DNA from: Eledone cirrhosa
Lineage: Eukaryota
Reading direction: 5' to 3'
Length of the DNA stretch: 64,000 nt
Assembly (NCBI GenBank): GCA_964016885.1
Contig: OZ024758.1
Coordinates: forward strand, 11,594,001-11,658,000
Made by a program: the position numbers and the translations under genes. Each line of letters starts with the position of its first letter. Position 1 is the stretch's first letter. Below, in pieces: positions 44,486-59,095 of this stretch. Under the pieces are notes generated by a model, which saw only the letters and a program-made list of their open reading frames with translations, had not been told where the DNA came from and did not search any database.

Positions 44486-44752
44486 ATGCATGATCTGGAG
44501 AGATGGACCATGAAACCATAAATAGCGCATTTTGTTCCGGGTATTAACATAAAAAATACATAGATAATACGTAAATAATATATATATATACAGAAGTAAA
44601 AGTTAAGTGGAATAATCCAAGAATAAGAGTACTCAGTCCATGGGACGAGTTTAGTATAAATCATTTCAACAGTGACATAAGCAGGTACTCAAGTTTCGTT
44701 GGGTTCTGGACCCCACTTCCTTCAGATTCTTTGCTTAAACTTTAATCTGTTA

Positions 44753-44825
<73 letters not shown>

Positions 44826-45014
44826 GTTATTCCGGGTTGAATCGGAGGTAACCACAGTAAGTAAGGTACTCAATACATAGCAGAGTATAAAAGTTTTAAT
44901 ATAGATGAGATTCTACAGGACTAGAACTGTTTCATTCATTAGAAATCATCAGGAATCACTGATTCCTGATGATTTCTAATGAATGAAACAGTTCTAGTCT
45001 GTAGAATCTCATCT
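44826..45014. mobile_element. Fold-back element family E, two intact hammerhead motifs head to head
   Basis: Arms meet at 44958-44960. The long arm is on the left, the short arm ends ...GAATCTCATCT, and (TA)n lies on both sides. Confidence 0.85.
44961..45008 (+). ncRNA. Type I hammerhead ribozyme motif (mirror copy 44909-44957, minus)
   Basis: GATTC-CTGATGA-t-TTC taat GAA-t-GAAACAG ttctagt CTGTA-GAATC. All three stems pair and the triplet is GUA. Confidence 0.85.
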
Positions 45015-45046
45015 ATATATATATATATAAAGATATATATATATAT

Positions 45047-45129
<83 letters not shown>

Positions 45130-45402
45130 TATATATATATATACATACACACACACAAAATCTTTATATCTATCTTTCATTTCTTTTGTTCTGTTTACAT
45201 TGTTTACGTCTGGTTTCAGTTAAATGGTTAAAACTATTCTTTGACAATTTAATTCGTAGATTTATTTCTATATTCCAATAAATCTTTGTTTGAAAATTTC
45301 GATCAAGCACACACACACATAATCCTAGTCGTAGGTAAGTCAATACATACATATATGTGATTGTTTGTATGTATATATATATGATATGAGTGAAGGGAAA
45401 CG

Positions 45403-45480
<78 letters not shown>

Positions 45481-45483
<3 letters not shown>

Positions 45484-45706
45484 AACGAGTAGGACCCCGA
45501 CGGCTAAGCTCAAGCCGTTTCGACGGCTAATTCTGGACTAAATGAAAATAAGGATAAAAATGTTCATTTAGTCCAGAATTAGCCGTCGAAAAGGCTTGAT
45601 CTCAGCCGTCGGGGTCCTACTCGTTCCTATTACCCACTCTACTACCCTAAGTATTGAGTACTTTGGTGCGTTATGGTCCACCTGGTTCCTTACCACATTT
45701 CCTCCG

Positions 45707-45708
<2 letters not shown>
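45481..45708. mobile_element. Fold-back element family A
   Basis: About 66-bp arms with a spacer of about 16 nt, long arm on the right, in (TA)n. Confidence 0.85.
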
Positions 45709-45754
<46 letters not shown>

Positions 45755-45873
45755 CAAGAAAGAAGAGTGACATGGTTTGAGTCAAATTTAGCCAAGCGTT
45801 AGGGTACTCAGAGTAGTGGATAGTACTAACTGGACTACATCTAAGGGGACTACCCATAACAATTTGTTATCCC

Positions 45874-45951
<78 letters not shown>

Positions 45952-47193
45952 TTCGTTCTCCCTTACTCATCATATTTTGAGAAAAAAAACAAATTTCTAC
46001 AAATTTCATACTTGAGGTCTTAATACCCCCCCCCATATATATATATATTAAGCAGTGTCACAGAACTCAACATATTCCTGGCTCTTACCAATATCTCTCA
46101 GTATAGGTGTGTGTGTGTGTCTTTGTGTGGGTGTGTATATATATGTAAGTGTTTGCATGTGTGCATGTGTGCATGTGTATGTGTGTGTGTCTGTGTGTGC
46201 TCTGACGTCAATGGATAGCATAGATATTGATGACAAAAAAAAAGAAGATTTGTCACTACTTTGGAAATATTTCCAGGTCAAAATCTATCATAAATATATA
46301 GATTAAATCTATATATAATCTTTGATAAATATTCAAAGTTTTATTGAAATAAGTTGAAATGAATCGAAATATAAACAAATATAAATTTAATCTCTTGAAA
46401 TGCTTATGAACAAACATAGTTTTCAAAGGAAATCCTCGTTTAAGCTTTAGTTGAAATGATATTTAAAACGGTATCTTTTTACAACTAAAATATTTGCTAA
46501 AGTATCAGAAAATATGAAAACGTAGACTGTATTCACCGGGTTTCTTTTCATACATGAGACCTGCACGAAGAAAGAACTTATTTTTTAAATAAAAGAAACG
46601 CTGTGAATCGCAACGAGTAGAAAAATAAGACCTATTTCTTCCTTAAATTTTAAATATTGAAAACTATTCTTTATATTCGAGACGGAAAATTATAGTTAGA
46701 TTCAAACTTGAATCTTTTAATAACAATATGATAACGTTTTATCTAAAGATGACGAAGCATTTCACTTTATTTATCTAATCTAGAAAGCAGCATTAGATAC
46801 AGATATTTTGAATATATTCAAAACAACAAACAGCGGAGGACGCGTTTCGCACCTTTCCGACAGACAACCTTTCCCCCACCCCGGAAAAAAACCCCAGTTG
46901 ATGGATGTGAATCCGAAATATATAGGGACAATTAAATCTCTCCCAAGGTAACTCTCTCTCGTGTTGTTATTTTTATTTTATCCTTTATACTCTTTCCTTC
47001 ATTCTTCTACACGTCTTATACACACCACGCATCTCAACGTACATCCATTTACATCTCTCTCTCCACCACCGGATCTTGTTACCCGGAGATTTACCCATTT
47101 GCATTGTCGAGGCTTCCAAACGACTTAAAGATATTTAGTTATTATTCCACAATGCTTCAAGCAACCTTCAATACTCATTTATATATATATTTA

Positions 47194-47231
<38 letters not shown>

Positions 47232-47477
47232 CATATATATATATGTTAGCAATGGTTGTTGTACATCTGTTACAGAAGACAATCTGCAATGGTGGGGGAT
47301 ATTTATTGATCACAAAGTGTGAAAGATAAGACGATTGAATTGACTTTATGTATATGATATTGTGACAAACTCCACGACTCCTATGAAGTTTTTAATACAG
47401 ATGTAGACCACGGCGTGTAATATGGTAATATATTTAATATGGCAGCTTGTAGTTTTACGTTATTCTACTCTTACTTA

Positions 47478-47662
47478 GGGCGGTGGATTGGCAGTATCGG
47501 TAGAGGATCGGACGCCATGCTTTCCAGCATAGTTACGTCCCTTTACGATCTGAGTTCAAATCCCGCCGAGGTTGACTTTGCCTTTCATCCTTACGGGGTC
47601 GATAAAATAAAGTACCAGTAATGCACTGGGTAATTACTGGCCTTGTGCCTAAAGTAGAAACA
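47478..47662 (+). mobile_element. SINE S1, full length, 19-bp TSD
   Basis: GTTATTCTACTCTTACTTA at 47459-47477 and 47663-47681. Confidence 0.95.
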
Positions 47663-47801
47663 GTTATTCTACTCTTACTTAAGAAACTTCGAAATTATGA
47701 GTTCTCCTGACTGAGAATTTGGTGAAAGTTGTATGGGTAATATATATATATATAGACATATATACGTACACACACACATATGTATATATATACATAGATA
47801 G

Positions 47802-47855
<54 letters not shown>

Positions 47856-47857
<2 letters not shown>

Positions 47858-48197
47858 CCCATTCGACACAAGAGTGCAAGAGACGGAGAGACGGATAGGG
47901 AGAAAATTAACCGATACCAGGACTTAAAGTGGGAGGTAAAAAGGATTTGGAACTGCCATGAAGTCAAAATGGTTCCGATTGTCATAGGCGCACTAGGTAC
48001 TATCTCAAAAAGTTTCCAAGGATGGTTAAAGAAAATTGGTCCCGCCCGGTTTTTGGAACACTTCAAAAGGCATGCTTGCTGGGAACAGCAAGAACCCTCC
48101 GATACGTCCTGAATATCTGAGGCTGCAGGTAGTGGCTTGATATTCATTTCAACAAACTTTCCAGTTAACTAACATCAATGACTGCGACTCAAAGAAC
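47856..48197 (+). mobile_element. 5'-truncated Dong/R4-clade non-LTR retrotransposon (restriction-like endonuclease C-terminus) in (AAT)n
   Basis: CPFDTRV (frameshifted)..EKINRYQDLKWEVKRIW...V.MVPIVIGALGTI is the REL endonuclease motif. (AAT)n lies on both sides, the known Dong target. Confidence 0.85.
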
Positions 48198-48594
48198 AAT
48201 AATAATAATAATAATGGATGTGTGTGTATGTATGTTCTTTCTTGTTGTCTCTTGAGGTCACTGGTTGTGACTTGGTGATAACTCGTATGAACATAAGGCA
48301 AGATAAATGCAACTGTAATAATAATAATAATAATAATAACAAGAAGATCCCGTTAAGGGTGAAAGTAGCGATTCTTTGCTTAAAGTTTAATCTGTTATTT
48401 TAATAAATAAATATATATATATATAGTGAAAGAGTGAATAATAACATGGTCGGCTGTACAAAAAGGGTTTTATTTACAGTATTAACAATTGTTTCATTGC
48501 TCAGGTGAGTCTAAAGACCGCTAATCACTCGAAGTTGCGTCACTCAACTTTAAATATATATTACACATAAATACACACACAAATACACGCAAAC

Positions 48595-48696
<102 letters not shown>

Positions 48697-49751
48697 GTAT
48701 TATATTTCGATTCCCTGATATTATTATCCAATGTGGCGTATTTTTTTTGATTGACGTGTGAACTACTGCGTCATGAATACCGTTCGCTGCAGTGAAATAA
48801 CGTTCTTGAACAAGTATAATTTCGAAAGAAAACATTACCTAAAATATACAATATTTTTTATATAAAATATACAACAATTTATATAAGAAAAATATGCAAT
48901 AAGACTGAAGTAAGATAACGAAAAAAAAAAATATGATTATAATCTCTATTGACACTTTCGACTTTAGGATTGTATATTAATCAACATATAGAATGTATAT
49001 TTATTATAGAGATAATATTGAAAACAGAAAAACACCGGTGTCACATTTTCTAATAATTTGCTTAATAATGAAGTGGAGCAACAACCCAGAACAACATAAA
49101 ATTTTCATATGTCACAAACAAAAATGGAATGAAAAAAATATATACCAAAGGAGAATTAGTGGTTGAAATATAAAAGGAGTACATCAAAGTATATGAATTT
49201 CCTAATATTAATGTACGAAAACAAAAAGAAAAAATGAAAAAAAAAAATGATGATAATGGTTGACATTTTGTGTATACGTCAAAAATCTACAATATTATGA
49301 GGTACCTTTTATCAGATGATTTACAATTGATATGCAGCTAGAATTGTTACTTCCTTAATATATGCATATCTGTGTAATGTGTAGATTGCATGGCAAGAAG
49401 CTTCTATGAAGGAAGAGTCGGTGGTTATGTAAGCACATTTTCACAAATATGCCGATCATACAAAATGAAAAATTGTAATATTAAAACGATGATAACGTTA
49501 ATATAAAAGACGATAAAAGGGTGTAAATAATATAAAAGTGAGAAAATGGAAGAGAGAGAAAGAAAGGGAGAGAGAGGAGAAGAGAGAGAAATAGAGGGAG
49601 AGTGAGAGAGAGAGAGAGTGAGAGAGAAAGGGCGACACACACATAGCGATTGATAGGATGACAGAAAAGGCAACATTCCACAATTTGCTTTCGGGCAAAA
49701 GATAATCCATAATATGTTCTAGCTCCTTACAAATCTCTCTCTCTCTCTCTT

Positions 49752-49799
<48 letters not shown>

Positions 49800-49929
49800 T
49801 ATATACATATATGTGTGTGTGTGGATTTGTATATGTATATTTATATATATATATATATAATCATGAGAAGAAAGAAGAATACTGCGTGGTTGCACATGGG
49901 TTACATATGATAAAATTAGTCCTTCGTCA

Positions 49930-50317
<388 letters not shown>

Positions 50318-50335
50318 CAAATCCACAAACACACA

Positions 50336-50421
<86 letters not shown>

Positions 50422-50439
50422 TGTGTGTTTGTGGATTTG

Positions 50440-50490
<51 letters not shown>

Positions 50491-50538
50491 ACATATATAC
50501 ATATACGTGTGTGTGTGAATTTGTATATATATATATAT

Positions 50539-50728
50539 AGGAACAAGTAAGACCCCGACGGCTGAGCTCAAGCCGTTTCGACGGCTAATTCTGTACTCAA
50601 TTAGCCGTCGAAACGGATTGAGCTCAGCCTTCGGGGTCTTACTTGTTCCTAATACCCACTCTACTACCCTAAGTATTGAGTACTTTGGTGCGTTATGGTC
50701 CACCTGGTTCCTTACCACATTTCCTTCG

Positions 50729-50730
<2 letters not shown>
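50539..50730. mobile_element. Fold-back element family A (long arm on the right)
   Basis: Same centre TAATTCTGTACT.AATTA as the 16159 copy. Confidence 0.85.
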
Positions 50731-50807
<77 letters not shown>

Positions 50808-51037
50808 GGTATGTATAGTGTAAACCATCGTTACTATTATTACGTAGAGATGACATTGAGAGCTTCTTCTAAAAGTTTAATGATCTAATGGGTTTAAGAA
50901 CGATATTAAACATAAAGACGTCTCAAGGAAATATGAAAGAACCTTTATATATAAAGACACTCCTGTTTTATAAAACCTTTCAAAGAAAAGTCGATCTCTA
51001 TTTACTCAGACAGATCTCTCATATTAATCTCTCTCTC

Positions 51038-51108
<71 letters not shown>

Positions 51109-51260
51109 ACAGGGTTTCTCGAGGCCTTATATTGATGTCCTGAAGACATTTGAATGTTAACTGATTGCATTGAAATTGAAACATGAAGGATTTGAAGTGT
51201 CATCTTTCCTCTTTCCTCGAAGCAACCGGAATTCAGCCGTCGGGGTCCTGACTCTTTTCC

Positions 51261-51414
<154 letters not shown>

Positions 51415-51432
51415 TATATCTATATCTATATA

Positions 51433-51474
<42 letters not shown>

Positions 51475-51592
51475 CATATATATATCTATATCTATATATA
51501 TATATATAAATATATACAATATTAACTAGAGTAAACCTCTTCAAATGAAGTTGATGTTTATTACGGTATGTCGAATATATTTATTTATATTG

Positions 51593-51658
51593 TATTTTGT
51601 CTGATGAAGGCATAGCATATTGTTAATATGATATCCCCGAAATATATATAATGAAATA
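51593..51658 (+). ncRNA. Type I hammerhead ribozyme motif (eroded)
   Basis: TATTTTGT-CTGATGA-AGG..CATATT gtt AATATG..CCCC-GAAAT atat ATA-ATGAAATA, then AATAAA. Stem I has two G-U pairs. Confidence 0.65.
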
Positions 51659-51802
51659 AATATGGTTTTATAAATATAGTTTTCCATTTATTTAATATTG
51701 TAAATATACTCCAAATATTTGTCGAGTGCTTTTATATCAGTTATAAATATTTACTAGTTGTAACCCAACAATTTTAAATATAACTTTACATGTATAAATA
51801 TA

Positions 51803-51911
<109 letters not shown>

Positions 51912-52189
51912 ATATGTATATATATATGTATATATATATACATCCGGGAGAGATGACCCCTTAGCTTTTGTCAAGGCAGAATTCTAGGAGAAGGAAAACT
52001 CTGATATAACACCTGCAACTCTGATGGTATCCAATGATGTTGACTTGTTCTTCTTTTTGGTAAATATCATCTTGGTTAAGAGAGTGGGACTGGCTTTGTG
52101 CAGTGCCTTTGATCACTATAAAAGCTTCGCGCCACAGGCATTGCTTTATATCTGGAGATCTCTCTGCACTTGTCGTCATATGGTACCAT

Positions 52190-52349
52190 GGGCCCAGCAC
52201 TATGTGTCAATAATTGTCACAGGTGTAGTGTTTGTACCAGAGTTCAAGTCGCTGGCTGGACTAAAAAGTCACACTCGTTCAGCACATCGGTAGGGGTTCT
52301 CCTACATGCTTATAAAGTAGTGGCCGTACCCGAAAACGAGTTGGCAGCC

Positions 52350-52351
<2 letters not shown>
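52190..52351 (+). mobile_element. 3' end of an RTE-like LINE with terminal C2H2 finger (frameshifted)
   Basis: CSVCTR / [16 protein letters not shown]-stop, then a short 3' UTR and (TA)n. The upstream GC-richer 51945-52190 may belong to the same insertion. Confidence 0.6.
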
Positions 52352-52434
<83 letters not shown>

Positions 52435-52476
52435 GTATATATATATATACATGTATATATATATATATATATTTAT

Positions 52477-52531
<55 letters not shown>

Positions 52532-53046
52532 AGAAAAATATGCAATAATATATATATATACTTCTCCAGCCATCCACTTCTTACCATGGAAAATATCCAG
52601 CATTTCTTCCCACACTCGATGGAACTACCTCAGGAACTTACCCACGAACATACACTCACATTTTTTTTTCGCACCACGCCATCCACAGCCAAACCACATA
52701 TAAACACAAACACACACGTGCGTACCCCCACTTATATACACTCCCATCCTCCGAATCCAGAACTTGGAACCTCGTCCTTATTCTCACATACACATACACA
52801 CTCACGTGCACCTACACACATACACAAATACCACCTTCTGCCTTTCCCGCTTCGACCCCCCTGCCTCTCTCGCCCAACTCCACACGCCACCACCCTTACA
52901 CGCCTCACACCCTTCCACCACTTGCTCATCTTATTGTTAATTCTTATGTTTATTTTTACGTTTATTTTTATTTTCATTTGTTCTCCTTTCCCCCTTTTTT
53001 CTAAATGTATTTCCACACACCCTCAGATATCTCTGCCTAACCTATT

Positions 53047-53159
53047 TATCCTGAAGAAGGGCTTATGCCCGAAACGTCCACTCTCCACTCTCAAGAGCGT
53101 CAACCTAATAAACCTTTATTTGTCTGCCTCTCTGTTTGGTTCCCGTCTAAATTTGCACT
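53047..53159 (+). mobile_element. Putative PLE 3' end with eroded hammerhead
   Basis: CTGAAGA-a-GGGC ttat GCCC-GAAACG...CGTC followed by AATAAA, with stem I not pairing. The downstream 65 bp recurs at about 9867-9934, ending at the same point before (TA)n. Confidence 0.55.
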
Positions 53160-53428
53160 ATATATATATATATATATATATATAGCGGCGATGAATTAGT
53201 TATTAATTCTGGCAATATTACGCAAATATGACCCTCCCCAAGTATAACAATATATATATATATATATATATGTCATCTTTTCAGTAATGTCACTTTGACG
53301 AAAAAAAAGAAAAGCAGTCCCTAAAATAATTTCCTTGCTATTTCCAACTTCTTTCTATATCCAATGTTTTGTATAGAACCATACTTCCCTTTTCTAATAT
53401 ACAGTATATATATATATATAAAGAAAAA

Positions 53429-53535
53429 GAGATGGAGGGTCTGTGGTTTTTCTCACATCAGATGTGAGAAAAACCACAGACCCTCCATCTCAACTCACCT
53501 TTTGAAAAGCAGAAGAACTGCGAAACCGGTAAAGG
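53429..53535 (+). mobile_element. Perfect 63-bp palindrome followed by a mutated hammerhead
   Basis: Palindrome 53429-53491 is centred on ATC-A-GAT. It is followed by CCTT-TTGAAAA (from CUGAAGA)-GCAG aagaa CTGC-GAAAC cg GTA-AAGG and then AATAAA. Confidence 0.7.
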
Positions 53536-53666
53536 AACCAAATAAATATATATATTTTAAAAAAAAATAAGACTCCAGTTGCAATTTCGATTTCTTCTCT
53601 TTTTCTTTATACCTTCACTCGTGTAGGACACCTCGGTAATTTTTCATTTTGTAAAAAAAACCTCAC

Positions 53667-53706
<40 letters not shown>

Positions 53707-53919
53707 TTAAGGATACTATTTATGGTTATGTATATACTAAAACCTTTTATAGTTATATATATTTTAAACCCTAAACAGTGAAAGACAGTAATTTATTACT
53801 ACCTTATTACCAGTAAGATAAATAGCTCAATGTAATAACATCATTTGTTCTACAGAGCAGTTATATATATATAATATATATATAAAAGGATGAATTGTTA
53901 TATATACATATATATATAT

Positions 53920-54060
53920 AACAAAGGAATTGTGGTAAGGAACCAGATGGACCATAACGCACCAAAGTACTCAATACTTAGGGTAGTAGAGTGGGTAATA
54001 GGAACAAGTAAGACCCCGACGGCAGAGCTCAAGCAGTTTCGACGGCTAATTCTGGACTCA
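53920..54060 (-). mobile_element. Family A, long arm only
   Basis: Matches the family A long arm and stops at ...TAATTCTGGACT, in (TA)n. Confidence 0.85.
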
Positions 54061-55000
54061 ATATATATATATATATATATATATAGTAGTTTTCCCCAAA
54101 TTGACGGTTAATTATTTCTTCTTGATTATATTTTATTTAGAATTAAGATTGTACTGCTTTTACCCCAACTTACACAAAGTCTGAGGATAAAGTTTTTCTT
54201 CTTGATTTGTTTTAAATTAAGATTGTATTACTTTTCCCTCATCTTACATTAACAATTTTTTCCTCTTTATGGTATAGTCACTTATATGCCTGAATTATTG
54301 TTGGCATTTTGCTTACATTAATTTCTCTATTTTCATTTATATATATATATATATATATACTGTAGAATAGATGAACCCTATAATTGGACAGGCTACAGAA
54401 GTATTTTTCCTCGTCAACTGTTCAGCATCATCAGGTAAATGATGTATTTGTAAACCCGATTGACACATTGTGTTGGAGGCCATGACCGGCCAACTCTCTT
54501 GTTAATTTTTTTATGTCGAACCCCTTTTCCAAACCAGATTATAATGTAAATTCTTTGAAAAAACTTCAAAACTTTCTTAACGTACGTCAGTCAAATTCGT
54601 ATGCTACGCTGGGTATCCATTCAAGTAAACAGCTGCTCTTACTCAGCCTTCTCTTTACGACAAGACGTGTTTGTGTATTATTTAAATACAAGAGAATTCT
54701 GCATTCACAAAGTCTTTAAACAAAGACATTTAACCTGGCATTCATAAATAGTCAAGTGAAATAAATCCTCACACAGCCTTGCATCTTTTGTATTGTGCTT
54801 CGTAATTGTCTTATTATGGACACTTGTGTTTCTACCTAAAAATGTTTAGTATAAATAAAAGAGTTTGCAATTTTGTACACTTATTTCATGGCTTGCTTGT
54901 TTATTTCATGGGCTGTCTTATAACTTATAAGGTCCTTATTTTTTCACATTTAAGTTCTTCACATTTAAATTCTTCACATTTAAGTTTCTCATGCATTCAC

Positions 55001-55084
<84 letters not shown>

Positions 55085-55449
55085 CGTATTGGTGTTACAC
55101 ATTATAACTGTTGTGTTTTAATATGTGCGATGATGCTTAGCTTCTCGATCATTTGAATATTTTGTGATTGCCTCAAACACCTCGATTACTGCCTGCTAGA
55201 TGGCAATTGCAACTTCGATCACATACCCAACCCTCTTCCTGCTATATCAAGCGTTAACCTAATATATACCTTCCATATACTGTACCGATTGTGTTGTTAA
55301 TTCTGTTTAACTTTTACATGCATACGTATTTTTTTTGTTTCTCTAAATATAGTTTTTAAAGAATCCCCTTTCTTTAAATCAATCAACCAATGACCTCCAC
55401 CCATCCCAATCACCCTCTCCTACCACTAGAACATGTATAAATACCACTC

Positions 55450-55580
55450 GGCTTTCCTGATGATTTCTATCGAATGAAACAGTTCTAGTCCTGTAGAAGC
55501 CATTTCTATATTAAATATATATACTCTGCTATGTATTGAGTACCTTACTTACTGTGGTTACCCCCGAATGAACCCGGGAT

Positions 55581-55583
<3 letters not shown>
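55450..55583 (+). mobile_element. Family E single arm with hammerhead (55450-55501)
   Basis: GGCTTTC-CTGATGA-tttctatcgaat-GAAACAG ttctagtc CTGTA-GAAGCC plus the family E tail. Confidence 0.8.
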
Positions 55584-55638
<55 letters not shown>

Positions 55639-55694
55639 TTATTAAACTAACAGATTAAAGTTTAAGCAAAGATCTTCAAATTTATTATTATTAC

Positions 55695-55735
<41 letters not shown>

Positions 55736-56525
55736 CTTTTGATCCTTTAGATGAGAGGAAGGTATGATAAATATGTGTAAAAATAAACACAGTTATATAT
55801 AAAAGACTTTTCTTGATCTTTATACATTATTACAATTCATAAGTGTGATCGATAACGTAAAATAGCTTCAGTAACATTGTAATTGCTGACAATTTATATT
55901 GAAATACACCAAATATTACAATTGAATCAATTGTATTCAATTATATAGTATATGTTTATTTATATAAGAGTTACAATTAATGAGGTTATGGTAAATAAAC
56001 GGAATCGAGTATATATTTATATAATGTTATAATGTTGAATATTTATTAACATCGTTAATTTTAATAAAGAACTACCTCAAATGATTTGGAAATAAGTATT
56101 TTAAATATGTATATGCGTAGATGTGTGTATTTATAACGAAACTTGTACACACACAAACAAACATGTGTGCCTGTATGTTGTGTGTTCCTATGCATTGTCG
56201 TGGTTGGATGCATGTGTGAGGTACTGGGTCTAAAATTATTGGTTGCCAGGAGATGAATGCTATCATTTAATTTTTATAATGAATAAATAACAAAAATACT
56301 AAAATGGAAAAAAAAAACAGTGCAATCAAATTTTTGCGGAAAAATATCTTACCTTCTCCAATAAAAAATATTATGTATTTTGCGAAATTCAGAGACTTTC
56401 AATAATGACCAGAAGTCGACCCTAAATATGACTCATAGCTCTAGGAAAGCCACGAACAACACCTCATCTTTTTAACTTTGATTTTGAAAGTAGGTTTATA
56501 ATTATCAATTTTCATTATACTTTTG

Positions 56526-56605
56526 TAGCAGTCTCGGAGGCCTAGTTGGAGGAATCATAGACGGTGGTGATCCCGGTCGGAAGTTCGATCCTGGTTGGGA
56601 GCAGG
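56526..56605 (+). other. tRNA-like remnant (SINE head or tRNA pseudogene)
   Basis: A-box-like GGCCTAGTTGG and B-box GTTCGATCC at tRNA-like spacing, with no convincing cloverleaf. Confidence 0.4.
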
Positions 56606-57201
56606 GTTCCCGGTAAATCTTTTCTGTTTTTTTCTATTAGTTGTAAAATAAAAACTGAAAGGGTTCACAAACTGAAAAAAGTTATTGCTCCTACTTAAGG
56701 TCGACTTCGCAATCACTTGGATGTTCTATAAACTACATCATCGTTTTGTTACATCTATCTAAACTATATTTTAACCTGTAATCCATGTTTCATTTCTGTT
56801 CCACCTCATTTCTCCCTCTCCTTCTTTGACCAAATGCTTTGCTTAATTGTTTTATTTATCTTTTTTAAATATCTTATTCTTTCTCTTAGATTTCAGGTAA
56901 TTTTGAAAAGCAAAGCATTGACCCTTACAATACTACAGTGGGCCCTGCAATGCTACTGTGAGATTTTGCAATGCTACCGTAGGTCTCCTGGGGCTCACTT
57001 GCCACTGAGCAGCCTGGCAATTGGCCAGTCGGTCACTGGTGTGATGTATATACAGATATGAGGGATGACAAATTATAAGGAAAGCAGATAACTGTGTATT
57101 TATTATTAGAGTGGTAACTTGCCAAGTATGTTAGATGGAAATATTACTTTTTCCAATTCAAAAGCATGTATCAATCATTCTTTCAAATATTATCACCGGC
57201 T

Positions 57202-57512
<311 letters not shown>

Positions 57513-57564
57513 TATATAGTATATATATATATATATATATATAATTATATAAATATATATATAC

Positions 57565-57643
<79 letters not shown>

Positions 57644-57674
57644 AATATATATATAAATATATATATATATAAAT

Positions 57675-57723
<49 letters not shown>

Positions 57724-57735
57724 TATAAATATATA

Positions 57736-57773
<38 letters not shown>

Positions 57774-57776
57774 AAT

Positions 57777-57811
<35 letters not shown>

Positions 57812-57926
57812 GTAATAATAATAAATTTGAAGACTAAAATCCAAAGAGGGCTCGATAATTATATAATTATAAAATAACAGTTTTATCCAGTGGTGAACGA
57901 ACAACAAACCTAAATATATATATATA

Positions 57927-58069
<143 letters not shown>

Positions 58070-58259
58070 GTATGGAACGACGAGAAATATATCTTTGACT
58101 CTCAGAAATAGTTTGTAAACGTGTTGATATATATTTTAAATCTTGATTGAACGATGAATTTTATGAAGTTTGAGATTATTATGCACAGAAAATGTTTGAG
58201 AATTGTGGTGTCAAAAAGATGGTGTAGATAATATCTAGTCACAATATTACAGATATGTA

Positions 58260-58443
58260 GGCGGTGGATTGGTGGTATCGGTAGAGGGTCGAACGCCATG
58301 TTTTCCAGCATAGTTACGACCCTTTACGATCTGAGTTCAAATCCCGCCGAAGTTGACTTTGCCTTTCATCCTTACGGGGTCGATAAAATAAAGTACCAGT
58401 AATGAACTGGGTAATTACTGGCCTTGTGCCTAAAGAAGAAACA
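58260..58443 (+). mobile_element. SINE S1, full length, 17-bp TSD
   Basis: AATATTACAGATATGTA at 58243-58259 and 58444-58460. Confidence 0.95.
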
Positions 58444-58650
58444 AATATTACAGATATGTATTCGGTATAATAGTAGGAAAGGCCTTCATGGGAAAATATT
58501 CTTCTAATTATGATGATGGTGTTAGTGACAATGATATTGATGATGATAGTCACAGTGATACTAGTAACTGAAATACTAAACATCAGAAACATCATCACTA
58601 GCAGCAGCAGCAGCAGCAGCAGCAGCAATAATAATGATAATAATAATAAT

Positions 58651-59095
58651 TGTTTCTACTTTAGGCACAAGGCCAGCAATTATCCAGTACATTACTGGTA
58701 CTTTATTTTATCGACCCCGTAAGGATGAAAGGCAAAGAGTTAACCTCGGCGAGATTTGAACTCAGACTGTAAAGGGACGTAACTTAATAATACTGGTTTC
58801 TACTATAGGCAAAAGGTGAGGAATTTCTTTTTTGGGGGGGGGGGGGGGTTGTCGATTAAATCGACCCCAATGCATTACTGGTACTTTATTTTCTCGACCC
58901 CGTAAGGATGAAAGGCAAAACTAACCTTGGCGGGATTTGAACTCAGACCATAAAGTTACGGTGCTTTATGTTCTTAGTTCAAATCCAACCAATGTTAGCT
59001 TTGCCTTTCATCTTTATGGAGTCGATAAAATAAAGTACCAGTAATGAATTGGTTCAATTTAATCGACTTTCCCCTCCCCTTTAAATTGCTGGCCT
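58651..59095. mobile_element. Cluster of three truncated S1 copies: 58651-58784 (-), 58795-58954 (-, long variant), 58955-59095 (+, long variant)
   Basis: Each matches the S1 core. The last two abut head to head. Confidence 0.85.

Noticed and set aside
48465-48545. Minus-strand GAAAC aatt GTT followed by AATAAA
   Set aside because: Only a possible 3' half of a hammerhead, with no CUGANGA or stem I partner. Too weak to call.
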